Source of the DNA: an uncultured Planctomycetaceae bacterium
Lineage (GTDB): Bacteria > Planctomycetota > Planctomycetia > Pirellulales > PALSA-1355
Assembly: GCA_963785305.1 (NCBI GenBank)
Contig: CAWAUV010000008.1
Coordinates: forward strand, 128,001-192,000
Direction of reading: 5' to 3'
DNA: 64,000 nucleotides
Numbering within the stretch: position 1 is the stretch's first letter; the number at the start of each line of letters is the position of its first letter. Positions 34,150-45,650 of this stretch are shown here, one piece after another. Below the pieces are notes generated by a model that saw only the letters and a list, made by a program, of their open reading frames with translations, did no database searches and had not been told where the DNA came from. The position numbers and the translations under genes are program-made.

Positions 34150-37100
34150 TCAGGTTTCGCCATTGAAGGGCGGTTTCGTTGATTCGCCGGGCGCATCACC
34201 GGCTGGGTCCGATTTCGGATCGGGCTTGGCGTCAGGACGCGCTTCATCGTCGGCGGCGCGCTGCGCATCTTATCCCAGGCCACGAAGTCGGGACTCGAGA
34301 TTATTTCCGGATTGTTTTCATCCACGCGCGAGAAGGCGCGCGGGTCGTAATGCTCGCTATCGGGGTCGGCGGGATAGATCGACTGCGAGAGAATCACTAC
34401 CTTGCCATCCTTGGCGGTGGCCGCGTCTCGCGTTTTGTCCCAGGCCGCGTCATCAATGCTGGAAGTGATTTCCGGACGGTGCTCGTCCACATGATCGAAG
34501 GCGCGGATCGTAATGCACGCTATCGCGGTCGTCGGGATACATCGACGGCGAGCGCGCCACCTTCCGGCCGATGACGATCGCGAAAATGGAGGGCAGCACG
34601 AGCAAGGTGGCGAAGGTCGACATCACCAAACCGCCGATCACGGCCAATCCCAAGGGGGCCTGCATTTGGCTGCCGCGCTCGAGCGCCAGCGCCATGGGAA
34701 CCATGCCGACCGTCATGGCGCAGGCCGTCATCAGAATCGGCCGCAGCCGCTCGCCCGCCCCCTTGATCGCGGCCTCGATCGAAACCAAGCCGTTCTTCCA
34801 GTGGTCGTCCATGAACGTCACGAGCATCACGGAGTTGGAAACCGAAACACCCAAGCACATGATCGATCCCATGAACGATTCAATGTTGAGCGAGGTATTG
34901 GTGAGGTAAAGAATCGTGGCGATGCCGGCGAGCACGCCCGGCACCGCGCCGATGGAGATCAAGCCCAAGCGTGGCGACTGGAAATAAGCGGTCAACAAGA
35001 TGAGGATCACGAAGACGGCCACCACAAGTCCGACGCCCAGCGCCTTGAACATGGCGATCATCGGCGGAAGCTGGCCCATGAGCTCGACGCGCACCCGCGC
35101 GGAGGCTCGCCGGCGGCTTGGACGGCCGCGGCGACTTGGTTCGACGCTCGCCCCATGTCTTCCCCCTCGACATTCGCCGTCAGGGTCAAATAACGCTGGG
35201 ACATGTCGCGATCGATCTCGCCAGGGCGAATGCCCTTGCGAACGGTCGCCACGTCGCGGACCATGAGGTTGACCAGCGGATTGACCGACTCCAGGGGCAG
35301 GATCTCGACATCCTCGGGCCTTTCCATGCGAAGCGGCGGCACTTGGATTTGCACCAAGTAGTCGAAGCCGGTCTTTACGTCGATCCAGTAATTGAGATTC
35401 GAAAAGCGCGTTGACGATGTCGCCATGACCAGCGCATGGGCCACGTCCTCGACCTTGGCGCCGCTGAGCCCGGCTTTCTCGCGATCGATCGTCACTTCGA
35501 CCGAGGGATAGTCGAGCATTTGCTGAAATTCGACGTCGCGGAGGAACGAATTTTGCCGCATCTCCTTGGCTATTTTTTCCGCGTGTTGCCGCACCAGCTT
35601 CAGGTCGGTGCCGACAATCCGCACCGCGATCGGCGTCAGCGAGCCAAAACTCATGACGGAGGTCACGATGTCGCCGGGCTCGAAGCCAAAGGTCGCCAAT
35701 TGCGATTGTTTCTTAGCCTCATAATTCGACAGCCCACCCTGTTCGAGTCGGGCGGCGAGCCAAGGAAGAACTCGCTCGGGGAGTTCTTTCCGCAATTGTT
35801 CTCGAAACTTGTCAAGCTTGATCCCACTGTGCTCGTTCAATGCGACCCGCAATTGCCCATCGTCGGGGCCGCGCATGAAGAGCACCATGTTGTCGATGCC
35901 GAAATTCGGCGCGACTTGGCCCACGAAACCCATCGTGATGTCGATATTCTCGGGCTTGGCCTCTCGCTCGATCTCTTCCAGGCACTTCACCGCCATTTCC
36001 CGCGTCAGCTCGAAACTCGAACCAGGCGGCGGCCGGAATCGCAGCACGAACTGCCCCGAGTCGATTTGGGGAAACAACTCGGTGCCGATCTGCGTCCCCA
36101 ACACGGCAAGCACCAAGGCGCAAGCTCCGAGATATGCCGGCGCCACGATCCATCGCAGACGCACGAACCAGCCCACGAGCCGGCTGTAGACTTTGAGCAC
36201 GCGGCTAAACAGCCCGGTATCCTCGGCGCCGTGGGCGTGTGCGATGGGCTTAAGTAGGTACACGCACATGACCGGCACGAACGTGCTGGAGAGCAGGTAC
36301 GACGAGATCATCGCGAACCCGACGCCCAGCGTCAAAGGCATGAAAAGCGAGCGGAGCGGATCTTCCATGATAAAGGCGGGAATGAACACCGACAGAATGC
36401 AGAGCAGGGCCAGCAGTCGAGGCACGGCCGTGGCGTTGCTGGCGTGCAGCACCGCGGTGGCGACCTTCGACGTGTGCTCCATTTGAACGTGGACGTTTTC
36501 GATCGTCACCGTCGCTTCGTCGACGAGAATGCCGATGGCCAGCGCCATGCCGCCCAGCGACATGATGTTGATCGTGTTGCCGGTAAGCCAGAGCCCGAAC
36601 AACGATCCCATCAAGGCCAGCGGGATGTTCGACACCACGACGATCACGCTCCGCAGATCGCCGAGAAACAACATGATCATCAAGCCCGTGAGGCCCGCTC
36701 CGATGAGCCCCTCGGTGGCCACGCTTTCCACCGCCGCCACCACGGTCGGCGATTCATCGAACTCGAAATTGACTGAAACATCCTTGGGCACCGCGTCGCG
36801 AAACAGTTGCATCGACTTGTGAATGTCGGCCACGACCGTCAGCGTCGAACCGGTGTCTTTCTTGATGATCGGCAAATAGACCGACTTCTTGCCGTTGACC
36901 ATCGCGTAGCCGTAGGTAATGTCGGTGTCGTCGGCGATCTTGGAGACATCGCGCAAATAGACGTTCTCGCCAATTCGCAGCGGAATTTCGCCGAGACGCT
37001 TCGGGTCGACGACCGTCGCGTTGTTGGCGACCACGGGCATCGAATCCTTGACGTAGATATTGCCGGCGGGAATGATCGTGTTGCCCCTCGCCAGGGCATC

Positions 37101-37715
37101 GACGACGTCTTCCGGTTTCAGGTTGTAAGTGAGCAGCTTCTGCGGATCGACCGTGACCACGATCGATCGCATATTCGGACCAAAGGGAGAAATCGCCACC
37201 GTGCCTGGAACGAATTTTTGCACCAATGGACGAATGACGTTCTGAGCTAAATCGCCCATGGCGCCCAGCGAGGTCTCCTTGCTCTCGAACACAAGGTAGC
37301 CGACCGGAACGCTGCCCGCGTCCATGCGCATAATCATGGGCGGCAAGGTGCCCTTGGGCATCCATGACATGGCCCGGTCGGACATGGCCACGACCTGCGC
37401 CATCGCCTGCCCCATATCCGTGCCGGGAAAGAACTTGAGCTCGCACAGCGCCACTTGCTGGATGTTCCGCGTGTCGATGTCCTGAATGCCATCGACGTAC
37501 TGAAAATAGAGCTCGAGCTGATTGACGATGAACCCCTCCATCTGGTCCGGGCTCATGCCAATGTAGTCGAGAAAGACGTAGATTCTCGGCACGTTGAGCG
37601 CCGGAAAAATGTCCACCCGCATGCGGCTATATGCGAGGCCGCCACCGCTGATGAGCGCCACGACCAACATAAGGGTCGTGATCGGATGACGCATCGCAAA
37701 GACAATTGGATTCAT
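34150..37715 (-). CDS. RND efflux permease, AcrB/CusA superfamily (frameshifts ~35100, ~34500, ~34260)
   Basis: RMRVDIFP, INIMSLGGMALAIGILVDEATVTIEN, ELFPQIDSGQF, RLRPILMT and PLGLAVIGG; duplicated C-terminal tail; inferred stop at 34150-34152. Confidence 0.92.
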
Positions 37716-37790
37716 TACCGCCTCGTAAGGAACGTGTCGACCATGACTGCGTTATTTAAAATGCGGCGCTGGCGCCACCCAGACCACAAG

Positions 37791-37806
37791 AGCATACGGT
37801 GTGCCA
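37791..37806 (-). promoter_or_regulatory. Putative sigma54 -24/-12 promoter for RND operon
   Basis: Minus strand TGGCACA-CCGT-ATGCT (GG-N10-GC), about 75 nt upstream of the ATG. Confidence 0.55.
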
Positions 37807-38466
37807 CGCGATGGAGCGCATCGCATGCGGCAGCCCCAGACGACGCTTGCGATTGCGGCAAGTCGCAATCTGGCCGCTGGATTGGACGCAATCGGTAAAA
37901 TGCAAGCCCGCGCCAATGCGAACTGTCCCGCCTATCCGTCCGGTCGTGGAGCGGCAAAGATTCGCCACCCGAGGACAGAAACTTTCCTTTTGCCGTGAAT
38001 CCATCAGCTGCGCAAAGTAACAAAAGCGCAAGCTCCATCGAGACTTAGCTGGCGCAATCAGCGATTCCTCTTTCGGATTCGTAAAAATTCTTTTCGACTC
38101 GAATCGCCCGCGATACCGGATATCGGGCCGCGAACACAAGCATAAGTTTCGCGGGAGGACTCTGCCAGAGCGAGTCGAGTATCTGACGGCATTTTAAGTT
38201 TCCACGGAAGGCTCAGGCGCCAGCAGCTTTGATCGCATGCCGAGGCACGGCGCGTGGCGCGGAGCATCGCAAGTTCGCACCGTCCAAGAAAGCGACCGGT
38301 TTCATGCTGTCAATGCGGCGCCCGTGCGCGATCGCCGCCGACGCGCTCTTCTTATCGCAAGCGAAGTCACATGACCTTGCGCCTCGCCGCGATGGCTACT
38401 TGACTTGTGCCGACGACAGGGCTCCGCCGAGTCGCTACTTGCGCGCCATCCCAATGGTCTCGGCCT

Positions 38467-38913
38467 TCAGTCCAATGGCACGTCATGGTATTCGAGTGCC
38501 CATTCACGCATGTACCGCACCCGCGTGGGCCGCATGCGATAGACGATCAGCGCCGGGTTGTCCACGCTGCCAAGGTATTGCCGCAACAACGGATTCGCCC
38601 GCCAGATATCTTCTAGGGTGGCGTGGTCGGTGACCTCATCGGCGAGGCCGGTAATGCGCACCTGGTCATGGGCTTCGTTTATGTAGCAAAGCTCGATCTT
38701 TGGATTCGCGGCAATCTCCGTCGTTTTATGGTATTGTCGTAGGTTCGCGATCCAGACCGTGAAACCTTCAGTCTTCACGGGCGACACGGGGCGCACGCGG
38801 GGCTGGTCGCCATCGATCGTGGCCAGCATGGGAAAGCGGTCGGCGAGCACCAATTGCCGGGCGAGGGCAAGCAGTTCGCTAGGATTAAAGGGAGTGGGTG
38901 TCGGTCTGTTCAT
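38467..38913 (-). CDS. Pyridoxamine 5'-phosphate oxidase-like flavin-binding protein (general stress protein 26-like)
   Basis: MLATIDGDQPRVRPV, K..EI.ANPKIELCY and QVRITG. Confidence 0.85.
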   Translation of the reverse strand: MNRPTPTPFNPSELLALARQLVLADRFPMLATIDGDQPRVRPVSPVKTEGFTVWIANLRQYHKTTEIAANPKIELCYINEAHDQVRITGLADEVTDHATLEDIWRANPLLRQYLGSVDNPALIVYRMRPTRVRYMREWALEYHDVPLD

Positions 38914-39238
38914 GGCAACTTTTCCTGGGTTGGTTAATCGTGCTGGCGGCCTGTTGAAATATTCGACAGACTGCTCGCGATCTCGGCGGACCGGCGACGT
39001 CGCGAAGTTTTGACGCGGCCCCATGCGGCGAGCTGCCGGGTCGCGCGGATTTTGCCACGCTCGCGGCGATTGGTCCGCCAAAACGCCGGCGAGCACAATA
39101 CGGCACTGAAAACTCGATGCGCCATTGTAGACCAGCGTTGCCCACCAAGCGCGAATCACGGGACTGGCGGAAGTCGGCGACGATCGCCAGACTCCATGCG
39201 CGAATGGTATCGAGCGCTTCGATGCGACCCGAGGGCCC

Positions 39239-39254
39239 TGGCACGGGAGTAGCG
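39239..39254 (+). promoter_or_regulatory. Putative sigma54 promoter (epimerase)
   Basis: TGGCACG-GGAG-TAGCG, about 88 nt upstream of the ATG at 39342. Confidence 0.45.
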
Positions 39255-39341
39255 AAACTCTAAAGCAAGCATTGACAGAGCACCAGCCTCGCGGCGCTGT
39301 CGTTCGCTGGCGGGGCTCCCACCCCAGAAAGAGCAGCTCGC

Positions 39342-40367
39342 ATGGAACATTCCGAGGGATTCGATCCGCCGCTTGTTTCGCGCCGCGCCATGGTCAGCGC
39401 CGCGCTCGCCGCGGCGGGCGGAGCGGCGGCCTTTGGAGTCGAGTCGTCGACCCCGCCTCGCTTGGCGCCCACGGCCGGGTCGCCCAAGCGGTTCGACATG
39501 AAAAAGTCGATCAACCAGTGGGCCTTTCCCTATCCCGAGCGGATGTCGCTCGAAGCCTGTCTGCGTTTGGCCAAGGACGCCGGCTTCGATGGAATCGAGC
39601 TCAACTACGATCTCGAAAACGATCTTTCGCCCAAATCCACCGCCAAGGACCTTGCCAAGCTGCGCTCGCTGGCCGATCGCATCGGAATCGCGATCAGCGG
39701 GCTGTGCTCGTTTTTGTTCTGGCCCTATCCGCTCACGTCGAACGACCCGGCCAAACGCGCGAAAGCGCTCGAGCTGGCCGGCCAGATGATCCAAGCGGCG
39801 CACGATCTGGGCGTCGAGAATCTGTTGGTCGTGCCTGGAGCGGTGCATATTCCCTGGCGCACCGATTATGAACCGGTGCCGAACGATGTGTGCGACCGCC
39901 GGGCTCGCGAGGCGATTGGCGAATTGTTACCGCAGGCCGAGCGGCTGGGCGTGAATCTGAATATCGAAAACATTTTCTTCAACGGATATCTCCTTTCGCC
40001 GGGCGACATGATCGATTTCGTCGACAGCTTCAAGAGCCCGCGCGTGCATGTGCATTTCGACACCGGGAATATCATGCTGTTTCAATTTCCGGAACATTGG
40101 ATTTCGATTCTCGGCAAGCGCATTCGGAACGTCCATTTCAAGGAGTTCAGCAAACGCGGCACGGACTATTCGCTCGAGTCGTTTCGTCCGTTGCTCGACG
40201 GCACGACCAATTGGCCCGCCGTGCTCGAAGCGCTCGACGCCAACGGCTATCGCGGCTATCTGACGTTCGAGTATTTTCATCCCTACCCGCATTACCCCGA
40301 AGCGCTCGTCCATCAAACGTCGGATTCGCTCGATCGCATGCTGGGAGTCGTTCGCCCGCGCGGATAG
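39342..40367 (+). CDS. Tat-exported sugar phosphate isomerase/epimerase (xylose-isomerase-like TIM barrel)
   Basis: SRRAMV Tat motif, AKDAGFDGIEL, NIENI, HFDTGN, VHFKE and GYLTFE. Confidence 0.88.
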   Translation: MEHSEGFDPPLVSRRAMVSAALAAAGGAAAFGVESSTPPRLAPTAGSPKRFDMKKSINQWAFPYPERMSLEACLRLAKDAGFDGIELNYDLENDLSPKSTAKDLAKLRSLADRIGIAISGLCSFLFWPYPLTSNDPAKRAKALELAGQMIQAAHDLGVENLLVVPGAVHIPWRTDYEPVPNDVCDRRAREAIGELLPQAERLGVNLNIENIFFNGYLLSPGDMIDFVDSFKSPRVHVHFDTGNIMLFQFPEHWISILGKRIRNVHFKEFSKRGTDYSLESFRPLLDGTTNWPAVLEALDANGYRGYLTFEYFHPYPHYPEALVHQTSDSLDRMLGVVRPRG

Positions 40368-40612
40368 CGCGAATCACTGGAGGGCGAGCGCGATGCGTGC
40401 GATTTGTTTCGGGGCGGGCGGCGCTCAGGCAAAAGCGTCGCCAGACTTCCAATGCGAGCAAATAGCGATCAACGCGCGCTTTTGCGTGACCCGGCGTTCG
40501 CGCGGCGCGATGGTGTCGCAATGCCATCGCCGGACAATCCGGCGATCAATTTGTCCGCCTTTTTCCGCATTTCGCGAACGCGGCGGTTCATCCGGGGGGC
40601 GGCCCGCCCATT

Positions 40613-40628
40613 TGGCATACGCGCTGCT
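40613..40628 (+). promoter_or_regulatory. Putative sigma54 promoter (PRC-barrel gene)
   Basis: TGGCATA-CGCG-CTGCT, about 105 nt upstream of the ATG. Confidence 0.45.
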
Positions 40629-40733
40629 ACTCAATGGCCGCCACGGGCTTTCGGCGTCACCTCTAGCCGTGCATTGTCTTGCGCGGGCGCCAATCCCCCG
40701 ATGATTGTACTTCTATTGAAAGGAAGTGAGCCC

Positions 40734-41276
40734 ATGAAAATGTTCATGCGGAAAAGCAGCTGTGCGGCGCTGGGACTCGCGATGGCGATGGGCGGTTTGG
40801 CGACGGCGGCCGATCCGCCGCGAGCCAATTCGGTCAACCCCGCCCCGGTGAACACCCAACCGGCGATCACGACCACCACGAGCACGACCACCACGACCGA
40901 TGCGAACAATGCGCATCACGCGCGAATGACGATGTGCGCCAGCGAGCTTATGAAACTGTCGGTCAAAAACAGCGCCGGCGACAAGATCGGTTCGATCGAT
41001 GACCTGGTGATGGATGTCCATACCGGCAAGATCGCCTATGCGGCCCTGGGATTCGGCGGCGTGCTCGGATTCGGCGAAAAGCTGTTTGCCGTGCCGTGGA
41101 GCCAATTCCATTTGCAGAAGGAAAGCAACAGCAACGAGCATTTCCTGGTGCTCGATGTCTCGACCGAGTCGCTGAAGACGGCGCCGGGGTTCAACAAGGA
41201 TCATTGGCCGGATTTCGCCGACGCGAACTTCACGCGCCAAATCGATGAGCACTACAAGGCGCCGAGCACGCGCTGA
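40734..41276 (+). CDS. Secreted PRC-barrel domain protein
   Basis: ASEL...V.N..GDKIGSIDDLVMD..TGKIAYAAL.FGG.LG.GEKLFAVPW...LKTAPGF.KDHWPD; Thr-rich linker. Confidence 0.88.
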   Translation: MKMFMRKSSCAALGLAMAMGGLATAADPPRANSVNPAPVNTQPAITTTTSTTTTTDANNAHHARMTMCASELMKLSVKNSAGDKIGSIDDLVMDVHTGKIAYAALGFGGVLGFGEKLFAVPWSQFHLQKESNSNEHFLVLDVSTESLKTAPGFNKDHWPDFADANFTRQIDEHYKAPSTR

Positions 41277-41377
41277 CGCGGCATGCGCCAGGCGTCCGAG
41301 CGAAGGGAGAAATCATCAGGCGGCGGATGTCGGCAATGGCATCCGCCGCCTTCGCTTTTTGGTGGTGGAGCGGGCTC

Positions 41378-42394
41378 TTATCGTTGATCGCCCGCGCAAT
41401 GATGCCACGCGGCGCCGAGCAGGGCCGCGCCGGCAATCGCCGCCGCGCTCAGCCAAGGCCGATGCATGGTCGCCCACAATTGCCAGCTTTTTTCCAGGGC
41501 TCGGGAATCGAAGTCGCCATGCGCCCCGTGATCGCCCGGCAGTGGCGACCAAAGATTGTTCGGCCGGTCGTCGCTCACGGGCTGCGAGGTCATTTGACTA
41601 TCGTATCCGTGGGCGGCCAAGTAGCGATCGCCCAGGCTGGGCAATATCTTGTTACCCTCGATCGCCACGACCGTCGAGGCGCCGACAAACACCTCGCGCC
41701 GCCGGCGATGCGCGGCCCAGTAAATGGCCCGGGCCGCGACCTCGGGTTGATAAATCGGTGGCACCGGCTGCGGATGCCGCGGCAGGCGACTTTTGACCCA
41801 GTCGAACTGGGGCGTGTTGAGCGCCGGCATTTGCACCATGGTGAGCCACACCCGGCTCTTGGCATGGAGCAACTCGCAGCGCACCGATTCCGTGAAACCA
41901 TGAATCGCATGTTTCGCTCCGCAGTAGGCCGATTGCAGCGGAATGCCGCGATAGGCCAGGGCCGAACCGACTTGCACCACCGTGCCTCGATCGCGGGGGC
42001 ACATGCGCTTGAGCGCCGTCATGGTGCCATAGACAAAACCCAAATAACTGACTTCGGTCACGCGGCGAAACTCCTCGGGCGTCATTTCCGTGAAGGGGGA
42101 GAACACGGAGACCATCGCGTCGTTGACCCAGACGTCGATCGGTCCCAATTCGTTTTCGACCCTCGTGGCCGCGCGTTCGATCGCGTCGGGATCGGCCACG
42201 TCGGTGGGGAGCACGAGAGCCCGGCCGCCGGCCTGCTCCACTTCGCGGGCCGCGGCTCGCAGGCCATCTTCGCCGCGGGCCAGGAGACCGATCGCGGCGC
42301 GGCGCTTGGCGAATTCGCGCACCGTGGCGCGGCCGACGCCCGCCGAGGCGCCCGTGATCACGACGACTTCGGGCTTCTTCGATTCATTTCGCAT
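41378..42394 (-). CDS. SDR-family oxidoreductase with C-terminal membrane anchor
   Basis: TGASAGVG, WVNDA, YCGAK and PPIYQPEVAA. Confidence 0.9.
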   Translation of the reverse strand: MRNESKKPEVVVITGASAGVGRATVREFAKRRAAIGLLARGEDGLRAAAREVEQAGGRALVLPTDVADPDAIERAATRVENELGPIDVWVNDAMVSVFSPFTEMTPEEFRRVTEVSYLGFVYGTMTALKRMCPRDRGTVVQVGSALAYRGIPLQSAYCGAKHAIHGFTESVRCELLHAKSRVWLTMVQMPALNTPQFDWVKSRLPRHPQPVPPIYQPEVAARAIYWAAHRRRREVFVGASTVVAIEGNKILPSLGDRYLAAHGYDSQMTSQPVSDDRPNNLWSPLPGDHGAHGDFDSRALEKSWQLWATMHRPWLSAAAIAGAALLGAAWHHCAGDQR

Positions 42395-42462
42395 GGGATG
42401 CGCCTCTGGTTGCATGGAACAAGGAATTTCAAGGTTCTCGATAAATGCGGCGGGCGGCGGAT

Positions 42463-45400
42463 TTATCGACGCACGATAAGCTTTCGCCGCCGCTCGCCAG
42501 CTTGCCACCAAAGCAGGCCGCCCACCGCCAGCGCGCCCACTCCCAGCCAAAAACCCGTTGGCAGTCGAGCCGGCGCCGGGTTGGTCTCCAGCGCGCGCTC
42601 GGGGCGGTCGGTCGGCAATGGACGCCGCTGGAGCGCCGCTTCCAGCACTTGGGCAGTGTGAAAGGCGCGGCGCTCCGTGCCATGAGCAATTTGCTCGCGG
42701 CAACTAAAGCCATCGGCGACGATCAGAGTGCTCGTCGGCGCTTCGCGCACCGCCGGCAAGAGCTTCAGCTCGCCCACGGCCATGGAAACATCGTAATGCT
42801 CGCTCTCGAAGCCAAACGAACCGGCCAATCCACAGCAACCTGAATCAAGCACTTCATAGTCGAGGCCGGTCTTGTCGAGCACATGTTCGTCGGCCTCCAT
42901 CTTCACGAGCGCTTTGTGATGGCAGTGGCCATGCACGAGCGCCTTTCGGTCGAGATGGGGAGTCTTGAAGTCGGGCGCATGTTTTTCCAAGAATTCCGCT
43001 AGGCCAAAAGCTTGCGTCTTGAGCCGCGCGGCGTCTTCGTCGTGGGGAAAAAGATTCGTGAGCTCATCCTTGAATACCGCCACGCAACTCGGCTCCAGGC
43101 CCACGAGCGGCACTCCGCGTTCGATCCGGGGCTTGAGCACTTCCAGAATTTGCCGCAATTGTCGCTTGGCCAGCGATAGCATGCCGAAGTCATAGAGCGG
43201 CCGGCCGCAGCAGAGTGACACTTCGGGAATCTCGACTCGGAACCCGCCGGCCTCGAGCACTCCCACCGCCGAGCGCAGTACCTCGGGAAAGAAGTGATTG
43301 TTGAATGTATCGGGCCAGAGCAACACCGGCGGACGATCTCGCTTGGCCGGCGCTCGCTGGCGGAACCAATCGATGAAGGTCTGATCGGCGAATTCGGGAA
43401 CCTTGCGCTCCTGGGTGATGCCACCCAACCAGCGAGCGACGTCCCGCAGTCCCGGGGTTTGGGTCACGAAATTCACGACCCGCGGCATCCGCGAGCCCAA
43501 CCGGGCCCACCAGTAGATCAGCCCCATCGCATAGGCATGCCGAGGCCGCAATCGACCCGCGTAGTAATGCGATAGAAACTCGGCCTTGTAGGTGGCCATA
43601 TCGACATTCACCGGGCAATCGCCCTTGCAGCCCTTGCAGGCCAAGCACAGGTCGAGCGCTTCGTGAACCTCGTTGTTGCGCCAAGAGCCCTTGAGCAGGT
43701 TGCCATTGAGCAGTTCCCAGAGCAATCGCGCGCGGCCGCGGGTCGAATGTTTTTCCTCCCGCGTCACGCGATAGCTGGGGCACATCGTGCCGCCCTCGTC
43801 CTTGCGGCATTCGCCAATGCCCACGCAGCGGAGATTCGTTTCGCTCCAGGAATGTTCATCGTCGGGCCATTTGAAATGCGTCTCCAGCACCGGCGGATCG
43901 TATTGGGTTCCCAGCCGCAGATTTTGATCGATGCGATAGGGACGCACCTTCTTGCCGGGATTCATCTTCCAATCCGGGTCCCAAATGGCCTTGAACTCCT
44001 CGAAGGCCCTCACGATCTCGTCGCCGTACATGCGAGGCAGCATCTCGGCTTTCGATTGACCGTCGCCATGTTCGCCCGAGAGCGAACCGCCCATCGACAC
44101 GACCAAATCGGAAGCCTCTTCGAGAAAGGCGCGAAAGTCTCGAAGGCCCTGGTGCGTGACCAGGTCGAAGTCGATGCGCGTGTGGACGCAGCCTTGGCCA
44201 AAATGGCCGTACAGGCTGCATCCATAGCCATATTTGTTGAATAGCTCCCGCAACGCACGGAGATATTTGCCGAGGTTCTCGGGTGGCACCGAGGAATCTT
44301 CCCAGCCTTCCCAAGTGACTTGAGCGCCGGGCACGTGGGCCGTGGCGCCGAGTCCCGACTCGCGCACTTTCCAAATGATTTTCTCGACCGCCGGATCATC
44401 GTAGAGCTTCATGGTCGGCGCGTCCGGAAGCGTTTTGAGCTTGGCCATGAGCGCTTCGGCCTTGGCGTCGGATTCCTTTTTCGTTTCGCCCCCGAATTCA
44501 ACCAGCAGCCAGCCACGGCCATCGGGCAGGAGCTTCAGATTTTTCGGATGCACATGCGAGCGGATCATGTCTTGCACGAGCCGGTTGTCCATGCCCTCGA
44601 GTCCGACCGGCCCGGCCTTCATCACCTCGACCACATGATCGGCCGCTTCATACACCGACGGATAGCCGAGCACCAAGAGCGAGCGCGCCGGCGGGCTATG
44701 CACGAGCCGCAGTGTCGCTTCAAGCACCATCACGCACGTGGCCTCGGTTCCAACCAGGACCTTGGCGATGTCGAACCCCTTTTCGGGCAGCAGATTGTCG
44801 AGCCCATAGCCCGAGACGCGCCGCGGAATTTCGGGAAAACGGCGACGAATTTCATCGGCATAGCGATCGCGCAGGTCGCGGAGTTGGCCGTAGATTTCTC
44901 CCTTGCGGCCGCCGGCGGCGATGATTTGTTCGATCTCATGCTCCTCGAGTTTGCCGCCGACTCGCATGCGCGTGCCGTCGTAGAGCAAGATGTCGAGCTC
45001 CTCGACATTGGCGTCGGTCTTGCCGCCCATGACCGAATGCACGCCGCAGGAGTTGTTGCCGATCATGCCGCCCAGGGTGCAATGGGTGTGGGTCGAAGGA
45101 TCGGCGCGAAGGTCAAGGTATGTTTTTCGGCGGCGTCGCGGAGCACATCGAGCACGAGCCCCGGCTGCACCACGGCGCGGGCGCCTCGGGGTCGAGCAGC
45201 AAAATGCGGTTCATATACTTCGAGAAGTCGAGCACCACGGCCACATTGCAGCATTGCCCACAAAGGCTGGTGCCGCCGCCGCGGCTAAGGATCGGGGCGC
45301 CGAACTCGCGGCAGACTGCGCATTGTTTGAATCGCGTCGTTCGCGTCGCGAGGAATGACCACGCCGATGGGCGCTTGGCGATAGTTCGAGCCATCGGTGG

Positions 45401-45581
45401 CGTAGAGCGCCCGGCTGCCGATGTCGAAGCGCACTTCGCCCCGCACATGCCGTCGCAATTCGGCGGCGAGCGCCTCGGGGTCGACGCCCGCGGCGCCCTT
45501 GTTGTAGGAGCGCGGCTGCGTGTCGGGATTGATCGTCGGCTCGACGACAGGATGTTCCGAGGGCCCCGTCAACATGCTCAT
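42463..45581 (-). CDS. FAD-binding / 4Fe-4S oxidoreductase, GlcD-GlcF/YdiJ-like fusion (frameshifts in 45060-45330)
   Basis: ALYATDGSNY, RGGGTSLCGQ, MIGNNSCG, SGEHGDG, CVGIGEC...MCPS, CLACKGC..DCP, CCGRP and GCCGLAGSFG. Confidence 0.92.
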
Positions 45582-45650
45582 GGCGTTCTTTCCTTTCTGC
45601 TGAATTCCGCCCTTGTCGTCAAAACGATATCGCGCGTCGCCCGGCGTTTC

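Noticed and set aside
33576..34490. ORF seeming to fuse the RND tail with the MFP
   Set aside because: Frameshift artefact; the MFP has its own lipoprotein start at 34092 and the RND an inferred stop at 34150.
37716..38466. Short ORFs or an ncRNA upstream of the RND gene
   Set aside because: No coding signature or recognisable riboswitch; treated as regulatory spacer.
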